Below, in pieces: positions 31,101 through 38,600 of a DNA stretch of 64,000 nucleotides. Each line of letters begins with the position of its first letter. Position 1 is the stretch's first letter. The notes under the pieces were generated by a model. That model worked only from the letters and a program-made list of their open reading frames with translations, did not search any database and was not told the DNA's origin. The translations under genes and the position numbers were made by a program. The DNA is from Deltaproteobacteria bacterium. GTDB lineage: Bacteria; Myxococcota; Kuafuiibacteriia; Kuafuiibacteriales; Kuafuiibacteriaceae. The DNA lies in NCBI GenBank assembly GCA_040218735.1, contig JAVJQW010000042.1:224001-288000 (forward strand). The letters run 5' to 3'.

Positions 31101-33725
31101 CGTCTTGATCATCGCGATGACCCCCGCCGCGCCCTGCGTGTGGCCGACGTTGCTCTTCACGCTGCCGAGCGTGACGGGGCGGTCGCGTTCGATGCCTTCG
31201 AGGTAGGTCGCGCGCACCGCGGCGACCTCGGTCGCGTCACCGAGCGGCGTCGCGCCACCGTGGCACTCGACGAACTGCACACGCGACGGATCGAAGTCCC
31301 CCTGCGCGATCGCACGCCGCATCGCGCGCGCGAGGCCCTTCGGGCTCGGCTTGTAGAGGCTCTTCTTCTCGCCGTCGCTCGACGAGCCGATGCCGCGCAC
31401 GATCGCGCGGATCGGATCGCCGTCGCGCTCGGCGTCTTCGAGGCGCTTGAGCACGCAGACGCCGGCGCCTTCGCCGGGGATGAAGCCGTCGGCGCGGTGG
31501 TCGAACGGTCGCGGCACGCTGCTGCGCGACAGCGAGTAGAACTGGCAGTACGCCTCGTAGCGCTGCACGCGCATCGCGCGGTCGCCGCCGCCGTGGATCG
31601 CGATGTCGACGACGCCGGATCGCAGCAGCTCACACGCCGCCTCCATCGAAGCGAGCGACGAAGCGCAGGCCGCGTCGAGCGCGTACGTCGGGCCCATGAA
31701 GTCGAGGGTCTTCGCGGTGCGGGAGGCGAGGGTGCTGGAGGAGAAGCTCCCGCTGGAGTCTTCGTTGATCGACGGGTAACGCTTCCGCAGCGCGACGAGG
31801 ATCTCTTCGATGAGCGCGTCGTCGCCGGTGCGGCCGAGGGCGTCGGCGGTGACGTCCGCGAGCTCCTGCGATCGAATCGCGAGGGCGAGGGCGAGGGCGT
31901 AGTCGCTCCCGAACACCGTGCCGACGGTGGTCGAGACGCGCTCGCGGTCGATCTTGGTGAGGTCGATCTTCGCGTCGTCGAACGCGTCGAGCGTCGACTC
32001 GAGCAACATGAATTGCAGCGGGTCGTTGCGCTCCACGAGCTTCGGCGGGACGCGGTAGCGGCGCCAGTCGGCCTCGAAGTCGGTCACGAACGCACCGCGC
32101 TTGGTGTACGTGCGGTACGGCGCGCGGTCGCCGGGTGCGAAGTAGACGTTGCTGTCCCAGCGGTCCGCCGGGACGTCCTGCGAGAGATCTTCGCCGGTGC
32201 AGAGCTTCTCGAAGAACGCGGGGGCGCTGTCCGCGCCGGGGAAGCGGCCGCCGACGCCGACGATCGCGATGTCGCAGCGCTTTGCCTTGCGGCCGGACTC
32301 GGAGAGCGCGGGGGTGGCGGCGGTGACGCGCGACGGCGCCTCCTCGACGACGACGTGGTAGTTGAGCCCGCCGATCCCGAACGCGTTGACGCCGACACGT
32401 CGCACGCCGTCGGTCTCGAACGGGCGCGGCGCGGTGACGACCTCCACGGCGAGCTCGTTCCAGGGGATCTGATCGCTTGGGTTCTTGAAGTTGCCGGTGG
32501 GCGGGATCGTCGCGTTCTCGAGCGCGAGGATCGCCTTCACGAGCCCGGCGGCGCCCGCGGCTTCGCGGCAGTGGCCGATGTTGCCCTTCACCGAGCCGAC
32601 CGGCATCGGCTTGCCGCCGCGCGCTTCGGCGTAGACCTCGTGGAGGGATTCGAGCTCGGTGCGGTCGCCGAGGGGGGTGCTGGTGGCGTGGCCTTCGATC
32701 AGATCCACGGTGCCGGGATCGATCTGCCCCATCGCGTACGCGCGGCGCATCGCGAGGACCTGGCCTTCGCGGCGCGGCGCCCAGAGGGCCTTGCCCTTGC
32801 CGTCGCAGCTGCCGCCGACGCCGCGGATGATCGCGCGGATCTTGTTGCCGTCACGGAGCGCGTCTTCGAGGCGGCGGAGCATCACGAGGCCGAAGCCGTC
32901 GGAGCTGATGAAGCCGTCGGCGCGTTGGTCGAAGGGGAAGCTGCCGTTCGGCGAGAGCGCGCGCGATTGCGCGAACATGATCACCGACAGCTCTTGCGAG
33001 TAACTCGCGCCGCCGACGATCGCGGCGTCGAGGCGGTTGTCGAGGAGGGCGCGGACACCGATGTCGAGGGCGGCGAAGGACGAGGCACACGCGGCGTCGA
33101 CGACCATGTGGCGGCCGGTGAGGCCGAAGCTGTTGGCGACGAGCCCGGCGAGCGCGGAGGTCATGGCGCCGACCGCGCCGTCCTCGGTGCGGCGCGGGTA
33201 GTGGGTATGGACGCGTTCGACGATCTCGGCCTTGAGGTCGGCGAGGCGGTCGAGGCCGAGCGCGGCGAGCGTGGGCGCGTCGTCGAGCGCTTGCACCATC
33301 TGTTCGACCGCGGTCGAAAACGCGATGTTGCTGGAGCGCTCGGAGCCGCGTGCGTGGCCGACGATGACGCCGACGTTGGCGCCGGTGAGCGCGAAGGGGT
33401 CGTAGCCGGCGTCTTCGAGCGTGGCGCGGGCGCACTCGAGGGCCCACAGGTGGGCGACGTCGGTGTTCTCGACGACCTTCGGCGGCATGCGGAACGCGGT
33501 GCTGTCGAAGGGGTGTTCGTCGACCAGGCCGCCGAGATCGCAGTAGCTCTTCCCGTACGCGCCGATCTCGGGATCGTAGTAACGCGCTCGGTCGAAGCGT
33601 TCGGCCGGCATCGGCGCGATCGCGTAGACGTCGTTCAGGACGTTGTCCCAGTACGCGTGTTCGTCGGCGGCGCCCGGAAATCGGCACGCCATCCCGACCA
33701 CGGCGATCGCGGTTTCGTCGGCCAA
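25125..33725 (-). CDS. Type I (iterative/Pfa-like) polyketide synthase: KS-KS-AT-ACP-C45 acyltransferase-KR-DH
   Basis: KS1 DAACASS/GHATST/GHCREAAG; KS2 DAACASS/CHGGAT/GHTQGAAG; AT GHSFG and GPFHS; ACP DLGIDTVK; C45-like GRQHG...ELRGVAE...SGCT...HCINED; KR TGGARGV...HGAG...DYAIAN; DH LDQHRMGATPIVP...LLDGCLQ. TTG start with GGAG RBS. Confidence 0.9.
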   Translation of the reverse strand: MADETAIAVVGMACRFPGAADEHAYWDNVLNDVYAIAPMPAERFDRARYYDPEIGAYGKSYCDLGGLVDEHPFDSTAFRMPPKVVENTDVAHLWALECARATLEDAGYDPFALTGANVGVIVGHARGSERSSNIAFSTAVEQMVQALDDAPTLAALGLDRLADLKAEIVERVHTHYPRRTEDGAVGAMTSALAGLVANSFGLTGRHMVVDAACASSFAALDIGVRALLDNRLDAAIVGGASYSQELSVIMFAQSRALSPNGSFPFDQRADGFISSDGFGLVMLRRLEDALRDGNKIRAIIRGVGGSCDGKGKALWAPRREGQVLAMRRAYAMGQIDPGTVDLIEGHATSTPLGDRTELESLHEVYAEARGGKPMPVGSVKGNIGHCREAAGAAGLVKAILALENATIPPTGNFKNPSDQIPWNELAVEVVTAPRPFETDGVRRVGVNAFGIGGLNYHVVVEEAPSRVTAATPALSESGRKAKRCDIAIVGVGGRFPGADSAPAFFEKLCTGEDLSQDVPADRWDSNVYFAPGDRAPYRTYTKRGAFVTDFEADWRRYRVPPKLVERNDPLQFMLLESTLDAFDDAKIDLTKIDRERVSTTVGTVFGSDYALALALAIRSQELADVTADALGRTGDDALIEEILVALRKRYPSINEDSSGSFSSSTLASRTAKTLDFMGPTYALDAACASSLASMEAACELLRSGVVDIAIHGGGDRAMRVQRYEAYCQFYSLSRSSVPRPFDHRADGFIPGEGAGVCVLKRLEDAERDGDPIRAIVRGIGSSSDGEKKSLYKPSPKGLARAMRRAIAQGDFDPSRVQFVECHGGATPLGDATEVAAVRATYLEGIERDRPVTLGSVKSNVGHTQGAAGVIAMIKTAMALDLETIPPTRGFEAPHPDHDFGDALVVNAHATPWEGARVAAVSSMGLAGVNYHAIVEHPGTAGDEPERKTMHVHTLSDATEDAVLARLGSIDPATWSEHVGQGAVTLGIAATDDADLRRAIGAALKAGLTSATRDFLEKQGVFVTRGRSRGPKLAMLFSGQGSQYAGMMGAFAAALPEVDAIVTRVDEWLDAHRRARLSPVFRDGAPVPFELFAVQALVLTADVMAFEAVRTLGLAPDVVTGHSFGDYAALVAAGAWSLEDALEATSMRARAIERNVVEGSMASVTASLEDVERILATVEGAEVANVNAPDQIVVAGTLDGMAKAATAFAAASFEHVALDVPGPFHSTYMGAAADALAEGLAKIPLAAPSVPYLSSVSQKFESDPETIRASLVAQLTKPVRFVRQVELLLDDGVDAFVECGPRAVLTGLTKRIAGDRAYVTSVDDKNRAGAWSLARVSAMITTLERAAENAGDGSRIDLLSGAEAERLLSEPGFDAFWEKTRPSLITFLESMWATEKRYSQLPTPEAVSEAPAVSSPRAEPAAAAAPRAEAPTAEVEPPAAEPPAAEPLPTPAVASDLPSRDEVKAFLLDAICEQSGYPPDIIEMDADLEADLGIDTVKQAQVLGKVRDRYDLRADEKLSLRDFPTLGHVLEYVDKQLTTQRAEPAPAKPAVAVPMVDLSKKRTQKPAAPKAPTVASAPTNTPPEGAPAKSIPASDGTPSSRPAPAKPAHEDERSAAGTQVPTLDLRQRDLAPAIPIDADAVVGLAKPAFTGLAKPAPVGALDAIGIEIPAPRTTVPANTARPVTVLRFDGTAREIGRQHGEAMRDPILEVLDRYQTFVGREGLALLALPETTKRLYGVFDEDSLDELRGVAEATGVHELVLLAYNLDAALFPSLTSGCTQTVRLARENDGAMLHCINEDSPLLLHLDGVHPRVAQIRRRTDGPMPNRTTVYFSLVGQIAGLNGVTDSGLTVTSTTLLDGPEATALPTGRPHPMLVKQILEGASSIEQAVQMVESAHKAGRWSVLVSDADTDRAHYIEYDDDTIVAREEVGRELTSTNHSRLAPADGGEVPAHSALREKRACELVSEPGPMTVDRAKQLLRDRHDHGRGREVVHATMNTVRRVDNVMSLVVEPGSRRLHVTDRVLPPGSTEDVDFLTVEYGTRRTPSRIERVEDLTESGAGVVELTEVMRRQVVRVVDAPRRSASRTFTPKRLLLVGEGAHVQAIAAAMTARGSDVHVEADATRATRRLDTLGIDTVDAIGIVSTVEAKAAWAVDAATWSTRRARSLFAPFELLRAWAPHRKDGTVFGVTFLGGALGFDNAAQGTGDGGGLLGLLKSVRREFDGLSVQALDASPSESPSQVAEALIAELDAPGGPLEVGLLRGKRLVLKMAERRAEPAASPDRLPATWIVTGGARGVTAKMAIRLAELYQPRLVLLGRHPLPEEATLAQWRALDDAGLDKLKQDILQAMKSEGGFSPIAWKQRCESIDKSLEIDATLRQIAERGSSVVYYAVDIADREALAAVLTKTRVRGPIEGVLHGAGVEVAKPFDKKTDALFERTLGGKVDGLVHLLALTKDDPLTHVVGFSSVSGRFGGHGQTDYAIANEAEARLLSAYRATHDVHVTAIAWAAFSEVGLAARSSAKAFLEKAGQAFMTPAEGANHLVRELWAGLPESEITICERLDALDMDRLLVAESDRPKWLERARRAAASPMIDHLVTADADGATIERTLDATEPFLDQHRMGATPIVPAVVSLELMSELSNLDPGEHWSLADVQIERPLKVDEDGAVTVLARREGDALSIASTVRKQDGVVLEPARVFVRGRRVPSQAPVASLDVAAEGETIVYPYPKSIDRTPGSRMIFHGPVFRCLEGVSAGDGGGVAQLIVPAPTSLVPGSDAGRWQLPAALLDGCLQAVGMLGRILHGVVALPAGFGRVDVSKRVLEAAGERVRLAVRFVEVTDDALVADFEVMSAHGPLVAVRRYRAQVVPTT

Positions 33726-33908
33726 GGACTCCAGGGTCGAATCCCCCCAAATCTGAGTAAATACGACGACCTGCGTGGGGGATACGCCTGTTCAGACCGG
33801 GGTGGCTGGTCAAGGCCTCCGATCGATGCTACTTACCCGTCCCTTCGTCGGGACGACTGCAGACGGTCACCGACGATGATCCGAAGACCCCACGAGAGGT
33901 ACACGTAC

Positions 33909-34313
33909 ATGGCAACCCGTACCCGGAAGAGCAAGGAAGAGAAGCCGCTCTCCAAAAAGGAGCTCGAGCAGTTCAAGAAGCGGCTCGAAGACCTCCGCGA
34001 CGAAGTGAGCGCCCGAATCCGGGAGCGTGCGAGCACCGCGCGCGTCGACGAAAACGACCTCATCGAAGAGATGGACCAGGCCAATCGCGCCACCGAGGAG
34101 GCCTTCAACATGCGCCTGCTCGACAAGGAGGTGAAGCTCCTCCGCGAGATCCAGGTCGCCATCGCGAAGTTCGACGAAGGCACCTACGGCCTGTGTGAAG
34201 GCACCGAGGAGCAGATCGAGCGCCGGCGCCTGGAGGCCCGTCCTTGGACGCGTTACTCCGTCGCCTACAAGGAGCAGCTCGAACGCGAGAAGAAGGGCCG
34301 CGCCGCGCGCTGA
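33909..34313 (+). CDS. dksA: DksA/TraR family transcription factor
   Basis: Coiled coil with EEMDQA tip, then GTYGLCEGTEEQIERRRLEARPWTRYSV. Confidence 0.8.
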   Translation: MATRTRKSKEEKPLSKKELEQFKKRLEDLRDEVSARIRERASTARVDENDLIEEMDQANRATEEAFNMRLLDKEVKLLREIQVAIAKFDEGTYGLCEGTEEQIERRRLEARPWTRYSVAYKEQLEREKKGRAAR

Positions 34314-34430
34314 GCGAGGGCCCCGAGCCCCATACTCTCCATGCGACCCCGTCGCAGCCTCGTGCGGGCGATCCCATCGCAGCCGCCGAGTTTCATCCCC
34401 GACCGTCGTAGGCTGGGGCCCCGACGGTCG

Positions 34431-35627
34431 GTGAAGGTGCGCGCGAACGCACTTCGGCGGTGGGTCCTCCCTTCGGCCTACGTACTTGCCTGGATGTTCG
34501 CACCCACCGCGGCGTGGGCGCAGGCCTTCGAGCCCGCCTACGGCGTCGAGCTGAGCCAGGGGACGTTGGTCGCGCCGTCCCGGATCGTCGGTATGGGGGG
34601 CGCCTTCGTGAGCATCGCGGAGGGGGCGGGCGCGTACGAGATCAACCCGGCGGCGGCGGCGATCCGGTACCCGCACAACAAGGACGAGCTGTGGGACTGG
34701 GACTTCGCGCTCGAGGGCATCGTGTCGCCGCGCGACTCGGCGGACTTCGAGAACAGCCGTCGTGAGGCGTCGCGCGTCGACAACCTCGCGGCGGCGTACG
34801 CGTCGCTCGGTTTCGTCGCGGAGCACTTCGGGATGGGCGTGGCGATCTCGGCGTCGTCGCTGCAGGTGAAAACGGAGGGGCAAGATCCCATCACGCTCAC
34901 CGGCGGCACGCTGTCGTTGGTCGGCGGCTACAACCTGATGCAGGGCCAGTTGGTGTTGGGGCTCGGCGTGGCGTTGGGTTCCACGAACGCGGATCGTGCG
35001 GCGCAGCTCGAGTTCTTCGGGATCGGCTTGGTCGCCGGCGGCGTCGCGCAGCCGAAGGGGCAGCCGTACCGGTTCGGCTTCACGCTGAAGACGCGCACCA
35101 CGATGAGCGCGCAGGAGGGGACGGTGCCGGGGATGCGCACGGCCGACCTGCTGGTGCCGACGTCGTTCGTCGTGCCCGCGCAGCTCACGGTCGGCATGTC
35201 GTACTCGTTCGGCAGCCGCGCGAACAACGTGACGAAGACGTTCGGCACGCGCGAAGCCGAAAAGGACGACGCGCTCCCCAAGGAACGCGACTTCGTGACC
35301 GTCGCGGCCGACGTCGTCTTCACGGAGGCCCTCGAACGCGTCGCGGGCTTCCAAGCCTGGGCCGACGACGTCCTCCAACCCGCCGGCCAAGCCGTCACGG
35401 TCGGTCTGCATATCGGCGCGGAGAGCGAGATCATCGACAACCGCCTGAAGCTACGCGCGGGCGGTTATTACGAACCGAGCCGCTTCGCGGGCAGCGGCCG
35501 CTTCCACGGAACGACGGGTTTCGACCTGCGGCTGTTCGAGTTGATCTGGGACTGGAAGTTCGCGTTCGCGGGTGACTTCGCGAAACGCTACACGAACCTG
35601 ATCTTCTCGATCGGGTTCTGGCACTGA
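34431..35627 (+). CDS. Outer-membrane beta-barrel protein (FadL/OmpP1-like)
   Basis: Signal peptide ending AAWAQA, SRIVGMGGAFVSIAEG...INPAA hatch motif, LRAGGYYEPS, C-terminal SIGFWH; start approximate. Confidence 0.65.
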   Translation: MKVRANALRRWVLPSAYVLAWMFAPTAAWAQAFEPAYGVELSQGTLVAPSRIVGMGGAFVSIAEGAGAYEINPAAAAIRYPHNKDELWDWDFALEGIVSPRDSADFENSRREASRVDNLAAAYASLGFVAEHFGMGVAISASSLQVKTEGQDPITLTGGTLSLVGGYNLMQGQLVLGLGVALGSTNADRAAQLEFFGIGLVAGGVAQPKGQPYRFGFTLKTRTTMSAQEGTVPGMRTADLLVPTSFVVPAQLTVGMSYSFGSRANNVTKTFGTREAEKDDALPKERDFVTVAADVVFTEALERVAGFQAWADDVLQPAGQAVTVGLHIGAESEIIDNRLKLRAGGYYEPSRFAGSGRFHGTTGFDLRLFELIWDWKFAFAGDFAKRYTNLIFSIGFWH

Positions 35628-35683
35628 CTCCGACCCCGCGGCCTGACCTCCGCTCGCGATCACGCTACTCTTGCGCCGCTGGC

Positions 35684-38600
35684 ATGGCGCGAATCTTCGT
35701 ATCGTACAGCCACCAGGATCGGGCCTGGAAATCGAGAGTGGTGAGTTACATCGACGCCGCGGATCTCGACACGTGGGACGACGATGACATCGAAGTTGGT
35801 GCCGACTGGTTCGGTCGGATTCGCGGAGCAATCGGAGCCGCTGACGCGGCCGTTCTCCTTATCTCTCCCGACTTCCTTCGGTCGAAGTTTGTCCGCGAGC
35901 ACGAGATGCCGCGACTGCTTGGGGAGCGCTCGAATCGCGGTATGAAGATCTTTCCGATCATCGTTCGGCCGTCTCCGCTCGAACCGCACGTCTGGCTGCG
36001 CGAGATGCAGGTTCGACCCCGTGACCTCGAACCCTTAAGCGCCATGACCGACGTCGATGCCGACAAGGTACTTGCCGAGTTTGCGAGTGAGGTACAGAGT
36101 CTCGTCCGTACCAACGTCTCGATGGCCGCGGTCTCCGTCGACGATGTCGAACCCTGGTGGCCAGATGGTGTTCCGCTTCCGCGCCGCCCCTACCCGCTGC
36201 TGGAGCCGTATCGTAGCCCAGAGCTCTACGCCGGCCGGACGCACGAGATCGACGCCTTCGCCTCAGCCGTTCGTGAACCCAAGTTAGTGACTCCGCTGTA
36301 CGGCTCATCCGGCGTTGGAAAGAGCTCATTCATAAACTGTGGTTTGGCACCACGCCTACGCGGTGATGCCGACGACCGCCAGAGTGCGGTTGCGGTGGAG
36401 CGAACGCCGGGGGCGCCGGGGCTATTGAATCGACTCCTCGTTGGCGTGCTGCGAACGCCTCTCGAACCCAAGGTCGGCGATCGCGATGTTGTTCGCTTCC
36501 TGTCAACGGTCGAACGTCTGCGCCAAAAGACTGGATATCCGCCGGTTTTCATTCTCGATCAGTTCGAGGACGCCTTCAAAGGAGACGAGAGTGCTCTTGC
36601 GCGGATTGGCCCCGTCTTGGGGCATACGGCCGTCCAGGGAGATCAACAGTTTCAGTTCGTCTGCCGGTGGGTTCTCTCGTATCGCGAGGAGTTTCATGGA
36701 GCTGTGGAGCAGTGGCTTGCCGACTATCTTCGTCCCGCGCGGATGTCCGAGGTTCTGGGGATCGACAACCTTCCCACGTCGCTTCTCACCCCGGAGTTCT
36801 ACAATCGGACCGTGGCGGGTTTGCGGCCCATGGCGACGCCGCTTCCCCCGCTGGCCGGTGACGCCGCGATGGAGTGGGTCACGGACCGATTCGTCGAGGC
36901 GATTGGCCGGCCCCTCGAGGCGCGACGGGAAGATGGGACCATGGCTTTCCACCTTAAGATTGCCGGCGATGGCCTGCGCAGGCTCGCAGCAGCGTTTGCG
37001 CGTGAGCGTGTCGCTCATCCACGGGCTCCACTTACAACGGAGCTCCAGGTGGTGCTCGATGCGTTGCTGCAAGGTGTGAGTTGGACGGACGACAGGACCG
37101 TGCAGCTGACGTCGGATCTCGACGCGTGCATCGAGGGCGCACTCGAACGTCACCTGGAGCGAAAGCTCCGCGAGGCCTTTCAGGCTGATGATCACCCTCA
37201 ACAAATGCGTACCCGCGGGCTGTTGGTCCTTCTGCGTCTGGCGGACGAGGCGGGCGCGTCCGCGCCGGTTCCGGTCGAGGAACTCGAGAGTTATCTCGGT
37301 AGCGAAGGAGCCGCGGTTCTGGACGGGCTCGCGAGGTCTGATGTGCGGCTGATCATGAAGCAGCGCCACGATCTCACGGCGGTTTATGCCCTTCCGCATG
37401 ACCGGCTCGCGAGTGTTGTGCGTCGGGTCGGCCAAGAGCCGCACACACGTGCGCGGTACGGGCTTGATGATGAGCTTCTTCGGACCCAGGAGCTCGTCGC
37501 GTCGTTGGTGGCTCTGCACCGCAAGGCCCGTGATCTACCTGAAGAAGAGGAGAAGCTACGTCATCAGGCATGTGACCTTAGCGCCGATGTGCGGAAATCC
37601 GTCGAACGCTACGCGCCCTTTCTCGTTGTCGGAGAAGACGCTTGTCTTTGGTGGGCCGACGTGAAGGCGTTCCAGATCCGGGCGCTGGCGCGCGCCCTTC
37701 GGAATCGGAGGATCAAGGTCCTCGTTGGTCTCGTGGTGACCGTCGTAGCTATCTCAGGGATCGCAATCCTCTACGCTTCGGTCTATCACGGCTTTCGCCG
37801 CGCAATCTGGGACGCAAATAGCTACCAAAGCGCGGTGAAAGCACGTGAGAGATTTCGCGTATTGCCGCTTGCTGGGGAACAGGCAGATTCGAGCTTCCGT
37901 GACTATCTTCTTGGCAAGGCTGCCAGGATCGCGTTGACGGGTGACACGCTCGCTGCTGGGCTCGTCCGACAAGAGGCCCTCAAATTGGCCCCTGATGAAG
38001 TCGTAGAACGTCGCGACAATCCGTGGCTCATTCACTTGCGCGAGCGGCCGATCGCTGTACGAATGTCTCCACACGGCGTCTTCGTGGCCATTAGACTTCG
38101 GAGTGGCTTGGAAGTCTGGGAGGTGGCGTCAGAAGGGGTTCGACACTATGCTCACTACCCTTCTTCGCGTTCGATCTCGTTGTTTGCAGTCGATGATGCT
38201 GGCCGCCTAGTGCTGCCGGGATCGAAGCCTAATACGGTACGTTATCGCGAACACGTAGTTCCCATTCCGGAATGGGCTGTCGATATCTGGGTAGACTGGA
38301 GGTCCGAGGATCGGCTGTGGGTGTCAGAGGATCTCGGGCCGAATCTCTGCCTGAACAGGATAGACATCGTAAGCGGTGCGGAGCTTGAACGCCGGCTCGT
38401 GGGTCGGCGTGCAGCCGAGGCTCGCAAGACAATCGAAGAAAAGGTCAAATTGGCTCGTCTTCCATGCCCTGAGCGATCTGGCGTGGAGTTTGTTGACCTC
38501 GGTGATCAGAGTATAGGCGGTGGATCCGAGAGTGTGTCCGATTCCGGAGTGCTTGATTGTGTTGAACGGGGCTGTGTTCATGCATTAATGCCAAGGTGCC

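Noticed and set aside
30054-33908. 1419-aa plus-strand ORF 30054..34313 and other long ORFs antisense to the PKS
   Set aside because: Shadow frames of high-GC coding DNA; only the last 134 codons (DksA-like) have recognisable motifs.
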